The position numbers and the translations under genes are program-made. A stretch of 39,105 nucleotides of DNA from Bacteroidota bacterium (lineage in GTDB: Bacteria; Bacteroidota; Ignavibacteria; Kapaibacteriales; UBA961): the NCBI GenBank assembly GCA_052035765.1, contig JBPOHH010000777.1:1-39105 (forward strand). The letters are read 5' to 3'. Every line of letters starts with the position of its first letter. Positions within the stretch are counted from its first letter, which is position 1. The notes under the pieces are model-generated. The model saw only the letters and a program-made list of their open reading frames with translations, searched no databases and was not told where the DNA came from. This document shows positions 25,672 through 35,316 of the stretch, one piece after another.

Positions 25672-25911
25672 ATGTTTTGGACACCTGAATTAGCGTATGC
25701 TCTCGAGGATGCCCCTTGGCCGGCAACAAAAGAAGAACTCATCGATTATGCGAACCGTACCGGAGCCCATCAACAAGTGATTGATAATTTGGCTGAGCTT
25801 GAAGACAATGACGAGCTGTACGAAGGTATGGAAGATTTGTGGCCAGAATATGAAAACGCCACTGATGACCTTTACTTTAATGATGATGAAGAAGAAGAAA
25901 ACATGTACTGA
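25672..25911 (+). CDS. small DUF2795-like protein with strongly acidic C-terminal tail
   Basis: 79 aa. ATG preceded by AGAGG. LEDAPWPATKEELIDYANRTGAHQQVIDNLAEL fits the DUF2795 pattern (fPa.K.eLi..A...ga...v...l..l). The tail is DDLYFNDDEEEENMY. A clean terminator follows. Confidence 0.65.
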   Translation: MFWTPELAYALEDAPWPATKEELIDYANRTGAHQQVIDNLAELEDNDELYEGMEDLWPEYENATDDLYFNDDEEEENMY

Positions 25912-25944
25912 TTTTTATTCCAACTTTAGTACATTGATTTTTTA

Positions 25945-25979
25945 AGCCCAAGCTCTTTATTTGCTTGGGCTGTTTTTTT
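25945..25979 (+). terminator. rho-independent terminator after the DUF2795 gene
   Basis: AGCCCAAGC-tctttattt-GCTTGGGCT followed by GTTTTTTT. Confidence 0.8.
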
Positions 25980-25992
25980 CAGAGGGAACACA

Positions 25993-28272
25993 ATGCCTAT
26001 TCTCCTCATCGCAGCGATATTTTGTTGTAGTCTTTCAATTTGTCTGGCGCAATCCGACAGCGCAGGTACTTCCTCTGTTTCTTCTATACGATCTCCGACT
26101 GGCGCTTCTCGTGAAGCAAGTACCTTACCCTTAGAAGGAGAACTGAATGATGTTCGCTTTATCGGTAACTCCCACTTTACCAGCTCTGCACTTCAAGATG
26201 TTATATCATCATTACCTTCTGATTTAAGTTTTGCTCATCGTATTTTTAGATTTTACTACCGCCAATTATCCATCAACCCATATACTCCTCAACCACTTGA
26301 GGATGCTTTAGGTGTTGCCCTTACAAACTACCAAGACGAGTATCGTTATTTTGATCAAACAGGAGTCGAAAATGATATAGCTACCTTACTCGATGTGTAT
26401 AATCAATACGGCTTTCATAATGCAAAGGCTACGTACAGCTACGATTTCGATTCTACTAATCAAATAAATGTTCTTACTTTCTCTATTACTGAGAATCACC
26501 AATATCAACTTGATACTATAGTTTATCAAGGTCTAGAGCAACTACCGGCTGATCTTCTTTACCAGATTAGATCTATGCTACCTACAGTCAAAGGCATTTA
26601 CTTTAATGAACCTTCAATAAAAAGTACAGCTGATGCCATCATCTCATTTCTCCAAAACAACGGTTATTACTATTCTCATTACACCCAACCAATAGTTCAC
26701 AGCTCCTCAGTTTCATACTCTGACAGTGTTGTCATTCCATTTATCATCGGGAAACGCTGCGTATTCGGTCATATCTCAATCAAGTCAGATTTCAAAGGTC
26801 AGAATCCTATCTCTTCTTACCTCATACGGTTAATGTTTGATATGCTACCAGGTGAATGGTACAACCGTTCCAAAGTCGGCAGCTCTCAAACCAATCTTTA
26901 TAACCTTACAACTTTTGATCTCGTTTCAATTGACACGTCTTCTACTACTCATGGGGCAGAAATTGATACGCTTCACATGCAAGTTTTTCTTCAGTACCTT
27001 AAACAAGCAGAAATTATCATCGCACCTTATATTAATCATACTACCTATGATAATTTTACCAATCTTGGATTTGAAACATCTTTCTATCACAGAAACTTAT
27101 TTGGCGCTGCACAGAATGTAAGCCTTTTTGGACGTTATGTGTTACAGGATTTTTCTCTTCTCTCTTCACCACATTCTATTGCACAAGAATATCAAATCGG
27201 TGGTTTGTTTAGTCAACCTGTTCTATTTGAAGTCAGCTCTGCAAAGATAGATATGTCATTTCAAACTTCGTATTCATATCGATATCTCAACAGTGGGTTG
27301 TCCACGCAAACCATACCGCTGAACATGACCTTATTTCCCCTTCGGTTGAATTTTATGATGCGTTTTCCTTCGCATACATTTTTTAATTCTTTAGTTTTTG
27401 AGCTATTTACCGAATTACAGCAGCTACACAACTTCCTTGACGTCAGTGCTGATATGTATACTAATTCTCAAACTACCGAAGAATTACTAGCAGCCGTCCA
27501 ATTTCTTTCTACCTTCGGCCCTATTAATACTTACGCCGGTGATCAATTAGCTCATCCCGGTCAAATTTTCTCTATGAACCTCATTTCAGATTCTCGAAAT
27601 AATCCTTTTTCACCCACAAAAGGGCTTTTTCTATCTACTTCTTTTGAATTTGCGCTCGGTAAATTGTATAATTTCAGACGGTTCCAGATTACTTATTATC
27701 AGTTTTTTCCATCCGGACAACTCAGTACATTCGCCTGTAAATTTCGGCTCGGTAACATTTGGATCGACTTAGGTAGTAGCTATTATATTCCTTTTGAGCG
27801 ACATTTTTTTGCTGGTGGTGCCAACAGCGTTCGTTCCTATTCTTCCCGTTCTCTTTCCGATACCTTTTCAAGTCTTGGAAATACAAAGGATTACAATCTA
27901 CTTGGTAATGCTACCATTATTGAAGGCAGCTTTGAATATCGTTTCCGTTTTGGGAGACCTCGCGGTATGAATTCTATGCTTGCAGATCAGGTACAACAGA
28001 TGGGTATAACTACTTTCGTGGATTGGGGTAATGCGTTCAACTTACTCGATGCAAATAAATACGGTACCGCTCGAATTTCTAACTTTATTGAAGGCCTCGC
28101 GATTGGATTCGGCTTAGGGTTTCGGTATGAAACACCGGTTGGTCCGTTCAGAGTGGATATCGCTACTCAGTTCCATGATCCGACCTCCTCAACAGATCCT
28201 TGGATTTTTACCCGGAGTCCTTTTTCATCTGAGAACTTACAACTTCATATCGGCTTGGGGCATGCTTTTTAA
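25993..28272 (+). CDS. Omp85/BamA-family outer membrane protein (POTRA + surface antigen D15 beta-barrel)
   Basis: 759 aa. GAGGG lies upstream of the ATG. The signal peptide is MPILLIAAIFCCSLSICLAQ. There are POTRA-like segments (LNDVRFIGNSHFTSSALQDVI; QLDTIVYQGLEQLP). The C-terminal barrel has FFAGGANSVRSY, GFGLGFRYETPVGPFRVDIA and the terminal ...HIGLGHAF (aromatic C-terminus). Confidence 0.8.
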   Translation: MPILLIAAIFCCSLSICLAQSDSAGTSSVSSIRSPTGASREASTLPLEGELNDVRFIGNSHFTSSALQDVISSLPSDLSFAHRIFRFYYRQLSINPYTPQPLEDALGVALTNYQDEYRYFDQTGVENDIATLLDVYNQYGFHNAKATYSYDFDSTNQINVLTFSITENHQYQLDTIVYQGLEQLPADLLYQIRSMLPTVKGIYFNEPSIKSTADAIISFLQNNGYYYSHYTQPIVHSSSVSYSDSVVIPFIIGKRCVFGHISIKSDFKGQNPISSYLIRLMFDMLPGEWYNRSKVGSSQTNLYNLTTFDLVSIDTSSTTHGAEIDTLHMQVFLQYLKQAEIIIAPYINHTTYDNFTNLGFETSFYHRNLFGAAQNVSLFGRYVLQDFSLLSSPHSIAQEYQIGGLFSQPVLFEVSSAKIDMSFQTSYSYRYLNSGLSTQTIPLNMTLFPLRLNFMMRFPSHTFFNSLVFELFTELQQLHNFLDVSADMYTNSQTTEELLAAVQFLSTFGPINTYAGDQLAHPGQIFSMNLISDSRNNPFSPTKGLFLSTSFEFALGKLYNFRRFQITYYQFFPSGQLSTFACKFRLGNIWIDLGSSYYIPFERHFFAGGANSVRSYSSRSLSDTFSSLGNTKDYNLLGNATIIEGSFEYRFRFGRPRGMNSMLADQVQQMGITTFVDWGNAFNLLDANKYGTARISNFIEGLAIGFGLGFRYETPVGPFRVDIATQFHDPTSSTDPWIFTRSPFSSENLQLHIGLGHAF

Positions 28273-28293
28273 TTTCTGCTAGAACAATCTTCG

Positions 28294-29022
28294 TCATCCC
28301 AAATTATATCGTATCGAATCTCCATTGCTGATGACAGCTTTTTCATCGCCGTTGAAGGCTACCAACATTCCAAAATCATCGAATGAATGAGCTACCCAAC
28401 TACTTGAATTATCAAGCCGTATAATAGTTTTCCCTATAATATTCAATTCATTTTTCCATTCCATTATTACCTTTTGGTATTCCATACGAATGTATGAATG
28501 TATTTCATCTATAATCATTTTCTTTACTCGCGCGACATCTTCATTCATACCTAGAAGTTGTAGAGATGTGGCAGCTATTCCATCGCTAAAATCACTTTGA
28601 GAGCAGTTGACTCCAATACCGAGTATCGATGATTTTATATTTGCACCTATAAATTCATTCTCAACTAGTATTCCTGAAATTTTCAGCCACTTCTTCTCTT
28701 GTTGAGCATAGACATCATTCGGGTATTTTAGTACTACTCGTAGTTGAGGTGCCAACTTCTTCAACATTGCCTTTACTGCCAAACATCCCATCGCTTGAAA
28801 ACGCATCATTTCTTGACTAATTTCTTGCACACCATCATCATACCTTATACCATACGAAAGAAATATATTTCCTCCATAATCGCCTACCCACCGCTTATTA
28901 TTTCTACCTCGTCCTTTAGTTTGGTATTTTGCTGATACAATCACACTTTTTCTTCCATCGAGCAGTATTTTTGCATAATCATTTGTCGAAGAAATCGAAG
29001 TAAAGTCAAAAACATCTACCAT
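28294..29022 (-). CDS. birA: biotin--[acetyl-CoA-carboxylase] ligase, short form without N-terminal HTH
   Basis: 242 aa. It has the hallmark QTKGRGRNNKRW (GRGRxGRxW biotin/ATP loop), LKYPNDVY and GIGVN. There is no room for a repressor domain. Confidence 0.8.
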   Translation of the reverse strand: MVDVFDFTSISSTNDYAKILLDGRKSVIVSAKYQTKGRGRNNKRWVGDYGGNIFLSYGIRYDDGVQEISQEMMRFQAMGCLAVKAMLKKLAPQLRVVLKYPNDVYAQQEKKWLKISGILVENEFIGANIKSSILGIGVNCSQSDFSDGIAATSLQLLGMNEDVARVKKMIIDEIHSYIRMEYQKVIMEWKNELNIIGKTIIRLDNSSSWVAHSFDDFGMLVAFNGDEKAVISNGDSIRYNLG

Positions 29023-29062
29023 ATATTCCTATTCTTTCTGCTATTAATCTATTACTGTTACA

Positions 29063-30421
29063 ATGAACTTTGATGATACCATTTGTGCACTTGCTACACC
29101 TCCGGGTATTTCCGGCCTTGCCGTAATTCGTCTTTCCGGCAAAGATGCCTTTCGAATTGCTGATTTGTGTTTTAAAGGAAAATCCCCTCTATCTTCTGCT
29201 TCATCCCATACAATATTCTATGGAAAGTTTTTTGATAACGATCTTTTTTTAGATACTGTTACATCTTCTGTGTTCCGTGCCCCACACTCATATACAGGAG
29301 AGGATACCGTCGAGATTGGTTGTCATGGCGGGTTAGTTGTCTCCGAAGAAATTACCAACGCTCTCTTACGCCATGGTGCACGCTTTGCTGACCCGGGGGA
29401 ATTCACCAAACGTGCTTTTCTCAACGGCAAGATGGATCTTACTCAGGTAGAAGCTGTTGCTGATTTGATCCACGCCGTTTCATCTAAAGGTTCTCATATC
29501 GCTGCACGACAACTCATCGGAGGGTTTACTACTACTATACACAAGCTTAGATCCGACCTTCTTAATGTGTGCGCATTGCTGGAACTAGAACTTGACTTTT
29601 CAGGCGAAGATGTAGAATTTGTTGACAAAACCCATCTTTTATCCCTCATTGACAGTACGCTAGCTACTTGCCAACTTCTAGCCGATTCTACCGCTTCCAC
29701 CATTCTTCGCAATGGATTTCAGGTGGGACTAGCCGGCTACCCGAACGCAGGTAAGTCTACGTTTTTCAACGCTTTACTCAACAAAAAACGTTCAATTGTA
29801 AGCCCAATAGCCGGTACAACCCGAGACTACATTCATGATACATTCACTCTTGGTGGTATTACGATTTCCCTCTATGACACTGCCGGCCTACGCAATGATT
29901 CTCAAGATAGTATCGAACTTGAAGGAATAGCTCTTACTCACAGTCTTCTCGATTCTAGCAATTTAATTCTAGTTATTAACGATCTTACACAAGGAGAATA
30001 TCATTCTCAACGGTTGCTTGAAAGCCTTCTTTCTCGTTATCCTACAACACCAATATGTTTAGTACAAAATAAACTAGATCAAGTTTCTATTCCAATATCT
30101 GCAAATATAGTTGATGTTTTTGCAATTTCAGCTTTAGATGGCTTAGGTATTCACAACATTAAAGCGTACATAGAGAACATAGCAACACAAAGTACAGACA
30201 GAGCTACCGATATGTTGTTAAATCAACGCCACTCTTCATTACTCTCAGCTATTATACAATTCTTACACAACGCACAATCATCCCTTACTACCGGTATGCC
30301 TAATGAATTTATAGCACTCGACATACGACACGCCATCACAAAGCTTGGAGAAATCACAGGTGAAGTACTTAACGAGGAAATACTCAACACTATCTTTTCA
30401 AAGTTTTGCATCGGAAAGTGA
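29063..30421 (+). CDS. mnmE: tRNA uridine-5-carboxymethylaminomethyl(34) synthesis GTPase
   Basis: 452 aa. Motifs: DTICALATPPGISGLAVIRLSG, YTGEDTVEIGCHGG, G1 GYPNAGKSTFFNALL, DTAG, NKLD and the C-terminal FCIGK. Confidence 0.95.
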   Translation: MNFDDTICALATPPGISGLAVIRLSGKDAFRIADLCFKGKSPLSSASSHTIFYGKFFDNDLFLDTVTSSVFRAPHSYTGEDTVEIGCHGGLVVSEEITNALLRHGARFADPGEFTKRAFLNGKMDLTQVEAVADLIHAVSSKGSHIAARQLIGGFTTTIHKLRSDLLNVCALLELELDFSGEDVEFVDKTHLLSLIDSTLATCQLLADSTASTILRNGFQVGLAGYPNAGKSTFFNALLNKKRSIVSPIAGTTRDYIHDTFTLGGITISLYDTAGLRNDSQDSIELEGIALTHSLLDSSNLILVINDLTQGEYHSQRLLESLLSRYPTTPICLVQNKLDQVSIPISANIVDVFAISALDGLGIHNIKAYIENIATQSTDRATDMLLNQRHSSLLSAIIQFLHNAQSSLTTGMPNEFIALDIRHAITKLGEITGEVLNEEILNTIFSKFCIGK

Positions 30422-30502
30422 TTTATCCCTTTACATTTGGTACTTTTATTGCGGTATTTCACAAAGTCAATTTTATTACAATCCCTACAACCTACCGTAT
30501 TA

Positions 30503-30520
30503 ATGTTTCACGTGAAACAT
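30503..30520. promoter_or_regulatory. 18-bp perfect palindrome ATGTTTCACGTGAAACAT upstream of mnmG
   Basis: Read directly, 24 nt upstream of the mnmG ATG. It shares the 14-bp core GTTTCACGTGAAAC with the palindrome at 32388-32423. Confidence 0.4.
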
Positions 30521-30543
30521 ACAATATGTAATGTATTCAAAAA

Positions 30544-32391
30544 ATGACATATTATGATGTAATAGTTGTTGGTGGTGGCCACGCAGGTATTGAAGCAAGT
30601 GTGGCAGCGGCGAAGATGGGATGCACAACAGCCCTGATATCCATGGACACAAAAACCATAGGCAGGTTATCGTGTAATCCTTCCATAGGCGGCAGCGCTA
30701 AGGGGCATCTTGCTAAAGAGATAGATGCACTGGGCGGTGTTATGGGGGTACTTGCTGATAAAAGCGGCCTCCAGTTCAAACTGCTAAACACATCGAAAGG
30801 TCCGGCTGTTTGGTCTAGCAGAACACAAAACGACAAAGATCTGTACCCTTTATTCGCCCAGCAGATGGTATTGCAGACAAAGAATCTTACCGTTCTTAAC
30901 GCGAGTATTACAGATATAGCAATAAAGAACGGCAGAGTTCATGGTGTCATTACCGAGAGCGGCGAAAACATACATGCAAAATGTGTCGTACTGTGCTCAG
31001 GAACTTTCCTAAACGGGGTTATGTACACAGGAATGAATGGTATTTCAGGCGGTAGGGTTGGTGAAAAAGCTTCGACAGGAATATCGGGTAATCTACACAA
31101 TTCCGGCTTTAAAACCGGGCGCCTTAAAACAGGCACACCGCCTCGCATAGATCGTTACTCGGTTAATTATGAAAAACTAACTGCGTTTGGTGGTGATGAC
31201 ACCCCAAGCCCATTCTCATTCAGAACATTTAAAGTTAAGAACGTTCAGACATGTCACACCACAGCAACTTCTGAAAAAACACACGACATACTACGATCTG
31301 GATTTGCACAATCCCCTATGTTCACAGGAACCATCTCGGGAAAAGGACCTCGATACTGCCCCTCTATTGAAGATAAAATCGACAGATTCAGCGACAAGAC
31401 ATCACATCAAATAGTGTTAGAAAGAGAAGGATTAAACACCAATTCTGTATATGTCAACGGTTTCTCTACAAGTCTACCCAAAGACACCCAAAAAACAGGA
31501 CTACAATCTATATCCGGTTTGGAAAACGCATCAATATTAAAATATGGATATGCTGTCGAATACGATTATTTCTTTCCAAACCAACTTAAACCTACGTTAG
31601 AGACCAAGAATGTTGAAGGTTTGTTTTTTGCCGGACAAATAAATGGAACTTCCGGCTACGAAGAAGCGGGCGCACAAGGAATCGTCGCGGGAATAAACGC
31701 GGCGTTGCGCTGTAAAGAAGCACCACCTTTTACTTTGGACAGGTCGCAGGCTTATATCGGCGTGATGATTGATGATTTAATTAACAAAGAGTCCGAAGAA
31801 CCGTACAGAATATTCACCTCCCTGGCAGAATACAGATTATTACTCCGCCAAGACAATGCATACGAGAGATTAAGTGGTTTTGGGTATCAATTCGGTCTCC
31901 TCTCCCCCTCAGAATACCAAACTATTGCTCATCGAGAACTCCTCGTAAAAAAAATCATAGAATACAGCAAAAAGACCGTTATCAAACCAAAAGAAATTAA
32001 TCCCTTTTTACTCGAAAACGCTGAGGCAGAAATACAATCTTCTACCTCCTTAGACGCACTGGCAAAAAGAAAGAACATGACACTGGCAAAACTGCTGTCA
32101 CATACACAAACTATTCCTGCATTTCTAACTTCAACAGCTTTACTTGAACGATCTGAGATATTCATCAAGTACGAAGGATATATTGAGCGACAGTTAGCAG
32201 AAGTTGAAATGTTCAAACAAAACGAAGAAAAAAGGATTCCCGAGAACCTGAATTACACAATGATAAAATCACTATCCGCAGAATCCAGGGAAAAACTTAT
32301 AAAAATCCGCCCTGCATCGCTCGGCCAAGCTTCAAGAATTGCAGGCGTTTCTTCGACGGATTTAGCTGTATTAGCTCTCTACTTACGGTAA
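30544..32391 (+). CDS. mnmG: tRNA uridine 5-carboxymethylaminomethyl modification enzyme (FAD-dependent)
   Basis: 615 aa. Motifs: [25 protein letters not shown]-like [64 protein letters not shown], plus the C-terminal GidA-associated domain. Confidence 0.95.
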   Translation: MTYYDVIVVGGGHAGIEASVAAAKMGCTTALISMDTKTIGRLSCNPSIGGSAKGHLAKEIDALGGVMGVLADKSGLQFKLLNTSKGPAVWSSRTQNDKDLYPLFAQQMVLQTKNLTVLNASITDIAIKNGRVHGVITESGENIHAKCVVLCSGTFLNGVMYTGMNGISGGRVGEKASTGISGNLHNSGFKTGRLKTGTPPRIDRYSVNYEKLTAFGGDDTPSPFSFRTFKVKNVQTCHTTATSEKTHDILRSGFAQSPMFTGTISGKGPRYCPSIEDKIDRFSDKTSHQIVLEREGLNTNSVYVNGFSTSLPKDTQKTGLQSISGLENASILKYGYAVEYDYFFPNQLKPTLETKNVEGLFFAGQINGTSGYEEAGAQGIVAGINAALRCKEAPPFTLDRSQAYIGVMIDDLINKESEEPYRIFTSLAEYRLLLRQDNAYERLSGFGYQFGLLSPSEYQTIAHRELLVKKIIEYSKKTVIKPKEINPFLLENAEAEIQSSTSLDALAKRKNMTLAKLLSHTQTIPAFLTSTALLERSEIFIKYEGYIERQLAEVEMFKQNEEKRIPENLNYTMIKSLSAESREKLIKIRPASLGQASRIAGVSSTDLAVLALYLR

Positions 32392-32423
32392 ATGTTCGGT
32401 TTCACGTGAAACCGAACATTTAC
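32388..32423. promoter_or_regulatory. 36-bp perfect palindrome overlapping the mnmG stop codon (hairpin terminator and/or operator)
   Basis: GTAAATGTTCGGTTTCACGTGAAACCGAACATTTAC is self-complementary over all 36 nt. As RNA it would form a stem of about 16 bp with an ACGU loop. No U-tract follows. Confidence 0.5.
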
Positions 32424-32569
32424 ATCCAGACCCACTTAAAAACAGTTGTTTTGACAGATTAGTGGGTTTTGTGTGGTGCGTCATTTTGACAGTGTGGTTT
32501 TATGTGTCGCAACGGCGGTTTTGTCAGGTGGTTGTTATAAAAATTTACTACTATTAATTTCAACGTCTT

Positions 32570-33523
32570 ATGAACAAAGAAGATTTAACATTGATTGCAA
32601 TAGATGGCGGCGGATCTAAAACGCGAGCTATTATAAAAAAAGGTGAAGAAGTACTGTGGACGATTGTTGCAGGGACAACACGTATCGGAGCGGTGGGTGT
32701 TGGCGAGTCATGTGAGCGACTTTTGAATATGATTCGCGATTTATGCCAAAAGACAGAAATAGATTCAAGTGAAATTGATGCGATTGTTATTGGCTTGGCG
32801 GGTGTATGGTTAGAAGAAGAAAAGTTACGATCGAACCAGTTAATTAAAACCCTGGCAAGGAACAGCAAAATCACGATCAATGATTTATTAGTGATAAGTG
32901 ATGCTGAAATTGCTTTAGAAGGAGTTCTAGGTGGTAACAACGGTATTGCTTTGATTGCAGGGACCGGTACGATTACTCTTGGTAAAATTCAAGATGGCGA
33001 AATAGTACGAAGCGGTGGGTGGGGTATCGAACTCGATGATGAAGGTAGTGGTGCATGGATTGGCCGAGAAGGTCTTAATGCTATTGTGCGTGGAATTGAT
33101 GGTAGAAGTGAACAGACAGCGCTCTATGATATGCTAATCGAACAGTATCCGATGTTGAAAAAAGACAAACCAAGAACAATAGTTTCAGCGTATGCAGAAA
33201 GAATCTTTGAATACCACACCCTTACACCAATGGTGATGAAATGTGCAGAAAATGGTGATACAATATGTTATGATATCATCGATAGATCAGCAAAACATCT
33301 GGTTGACAATATTGTCTCAGTACGACGTAAATATAATAATTCCAAAGACATCATTGAGGTAGCGTGTATGGGAGGAATGCTCGAAAATGACACCCTTCTC
33401 CTGAGATTACTCAATACCTACCTTCGAGAAGTAAATAATATAACCGTTGTCAGTCCAGTCGGAACAGCACTCGAAGGTGCTCTGAGACTTGGGCATAAAT
33501 TACTGCAAGAATATGAGGACTAA
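32570..33523 (+). CDS. BadF/BadG/BcrA/BcrD-type ATPase, N-acetylglucosamine kinase-like
   Basis: 317 aa. It has ASKHA phosphate-1 LIAIDGGGSKTRAI, GLAGV, LIAGTGTI, GGWGIELDDEGSGAWIGREG and MGGM. Confidence 0.7.
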   Translation: MNKEDLTLIAIDGGGSKTRAIIKKGEEVLWTIVAGTTRIGAVGVGESCERLLNMIRDLCQKTEIDSSEIDAIVIGLAGVWLEEEKLRSNQLIKTLARNSKITINDLLVISDAEIALEGVLGGNNGIALIAGTGTITLGKIQDGEIVRSGGWGIELDDEGSGAWIGREGLNAIVRGIDGRSEQTALYDMLIEQYPMLKKDKPRTIVSAYAERIFEYHTLTPMVMKCAENGDTICYDIIDRSAKHLVDNIVSVRRKYNNSKDIIEVACMGGMLENDTLLLRLLNTYLREVNNITVVSPVGTALEGALRLGHKLLQEYED

Positions 33524-33524
33524 T

Positions 33525-34841
33525 ATGAAACATACAAGCCTATTGCTCACCATAATTCTGGTCGTCATCGGGTACACAATAGTCAACGCCCAGACAGATG
33601 CTCCACACGCAAACCCTCTTTCTGTTGAAATGGCAAGAAGAGTTTCGAAAGAATTATTAGGACCTAATAGTGGTCCATTCATGAAGCCACTCGTTACTAC
33701 TTCCAATGCTGCTGCTAACTCTCGCTTCTTTCGAACCGCATATATCCCAACGAAAGTTGAAAAACCATACTTTAGATTTGGCTTACACTCGATGTTTGGG
33801 TTCGTTAGGGAAGACCAAAAAACATATACACCGGTTGCCCCAAGAATGACAATTAACGAAGTATTAGCTGATAAAGAAGCTGCAGAATATAGCATAAATA
33901 TCTTTGACCCGACAAAATCAACAGTCAAAATCAAAGATACAGCTGGGATGGTAGTAAATATACTCAAGTACTTGTTTGATAAGGGACTCAAAGATACAGC
34001 CAATAGCCACATGTCCTTCCCGGATAAATCAGCAACGATATTTGGAAACAGTACAGCAGGTTTAGTCTTAAATAACAAGTACTTCCTCGATCAATTGCAA
34101 AAAGACGACCCGTTGCTGTCGGCGCTCTATAACAGCACGGCTCTAAGTCAAAGTGTGAAAGACTCACTCGTTAAAGCAATTATGGGATTCCCATCGTTTT
34201 TTGCGCTGCCGACAGGTGGAAATATTTCTACGGTTTTCGCTGCTATTCCTCAGCTCGAAATCGGGTCATTGTATGGCACAGAACTACTCCTGAGGTTCAT
34301 CCCACCAATGAAAATTGATAAAAATGTTGGAGAATTTGCATTTTGGGGAATAGGGCTCAAACATAGTCTGTCGCAGTATTTCGATAAAAGAATGTTTGAT
34401 GCTGCGATACAAGTAGTCTATCAAGGTACTCATCTCGAGAACACTATAGGTGTTACGAATGCTGATTTAACATCGGACGGTACGATGTTTAACATCAATC
34501 TACAGGCAAGCAAACACTACGAAGGGATAGTTGATGTGTTTGGCGGGGTGTCGTATGAAACGATGACAATAGCATCGACCTACAAATATGTACTACCCGC
34601 GGAAACTCAAATGCAACTTGGTTTATTACGTAATCCCGGTACCCCAACAATCAAACCGGTTCCCGAGCCGCCGGAATGGCCGGGAGATACTGCTCCGCAA
34701 ACAGCAGAATATAATGTATCAGATTCAAATATCAAAGTAGTACTAGGTGTGGCAAAACAGGTAGGTCCGGTGACGTTTTTTGTAGATTACAGCGTAAGTA
34801 AATTTAATATATTCTCTTTAGGCGTGGATCTAACATTCTAA
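33525..34841 (+). CDS. hypothetical outer-membrane (beta-barrel-like) protein of unknown function (438 aa)
   Basis: I moved the start to the ATG at 33525. It lies 1 nt after the upstream TAA, with GAGGA 5 nt upstream. The signal peptide is MKHTSLLLTIILVVIGYTIVNAQ. The sequence has alternating hydrophobic beta-strand-like patterns and a C-terminal ...FNIFSLGVDLTF (terminal Phe), as in OM barrels. Confidence 0.6.
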   Translation: MKHTSLLLTIILVVIGYTIVNAQTDAPHANPLSVEMARRVSKELLGPNSGPFMKPLVTTSNAAANSRFFRTAYIPTKVEKPYFRFGLHSMFGFVREDQKTYTPVAPRMTINEVLADKEAAEYSINIFDPTKSTVKIKDTAGMVVNILKYLFDKGLKDTANSHMSFPDKSATIFGNSTAGLVLNNKYFLDQLQKDDPLLSALYNSTALSQSVKDSLVKAIMGFPSFFALPTGGNISTVFAAIPQLEIGSLYGTELLLRFIPPMKIDKNVGEFAFWGIGLKHSLSQYFDKRMFDAAIQVVYQGTHLENTIGVTNADLTSDGTMFNINLQASKHYEGIVDVFGGVSYETMTIASTYKYVLPAETQMQLGLLRNPGTPTIKPVPEPPEWPGDTAPQTAEYNVSDSNIKVVLGVAKQVGPVTFFVDYSVSKFNIFSLGVDLTF

Positions 34842-34849
34842 AAAACATA

Positions 34850-35311
34850 TCAGTTGTTTTTGCTAGAATCCGAATCACTCGGCAATAAGCGCAAAAATAC
34901 GCGATATGACTTCTGAGAATCCGGCGTGTTCGTCCGGATGGTGTAATCAATACGTTGTAAAGAATCGGACAGATTCTTGGTGTTTACCGATAATCGAATA
35001 GTTCCTTTGCTAAACGGAACTATGTAGGAATGAATAATCGCAGCATTTGCACAATAACACGATCCGCGCATTCCGTAAATTTCTAGGGGCTGTCCTCCAC
35101 GATTAAGTATCGTAATGTCTTTGATGATAAAATCACCCTGCTTGAAATCCAAGTGGAGCTCCGATGGAACTACTTCTATTTCAGGAGGATAAAGTGTGTC
35201 TGCAACAATTCCATTGCCAAGGCGATCGTAATATCTACTGCGTGCGGGAAACACACAAAGGAGAACTACAAGCAGTAAAAATGCACCGGAAAATGATAGT
35301 TTCTTATTCAT
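34850..35311 (-). CDS. DUF1573-like secreted protein
   Basis: 153 aa. The signal peptide is MNKKLSFSGAFLLLVVLLCVF. FIIKDITILNRGGQPLEIYGMRGSCYCANA fits the DUF1573 pattern (f.f.N.G..pL.I..v..sC.C). Confidence 0.65.
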   Translation of the reverse strand: MNKKLSFSGAFLLLVVLLCVFPARSRYYDRLGNGIVADTLYPPEIEVVPSELHLDFKQGDFIIKDITILNRGGQPLEIYGMRGSCYCANAAIIHSYIVPFSKGTIRLSVNTKNLSDSLQRIDYTIRTNTPDSQKSYRVFLRLLPSDSDSSKNN

Positions 35312-35316
35312 GTATT

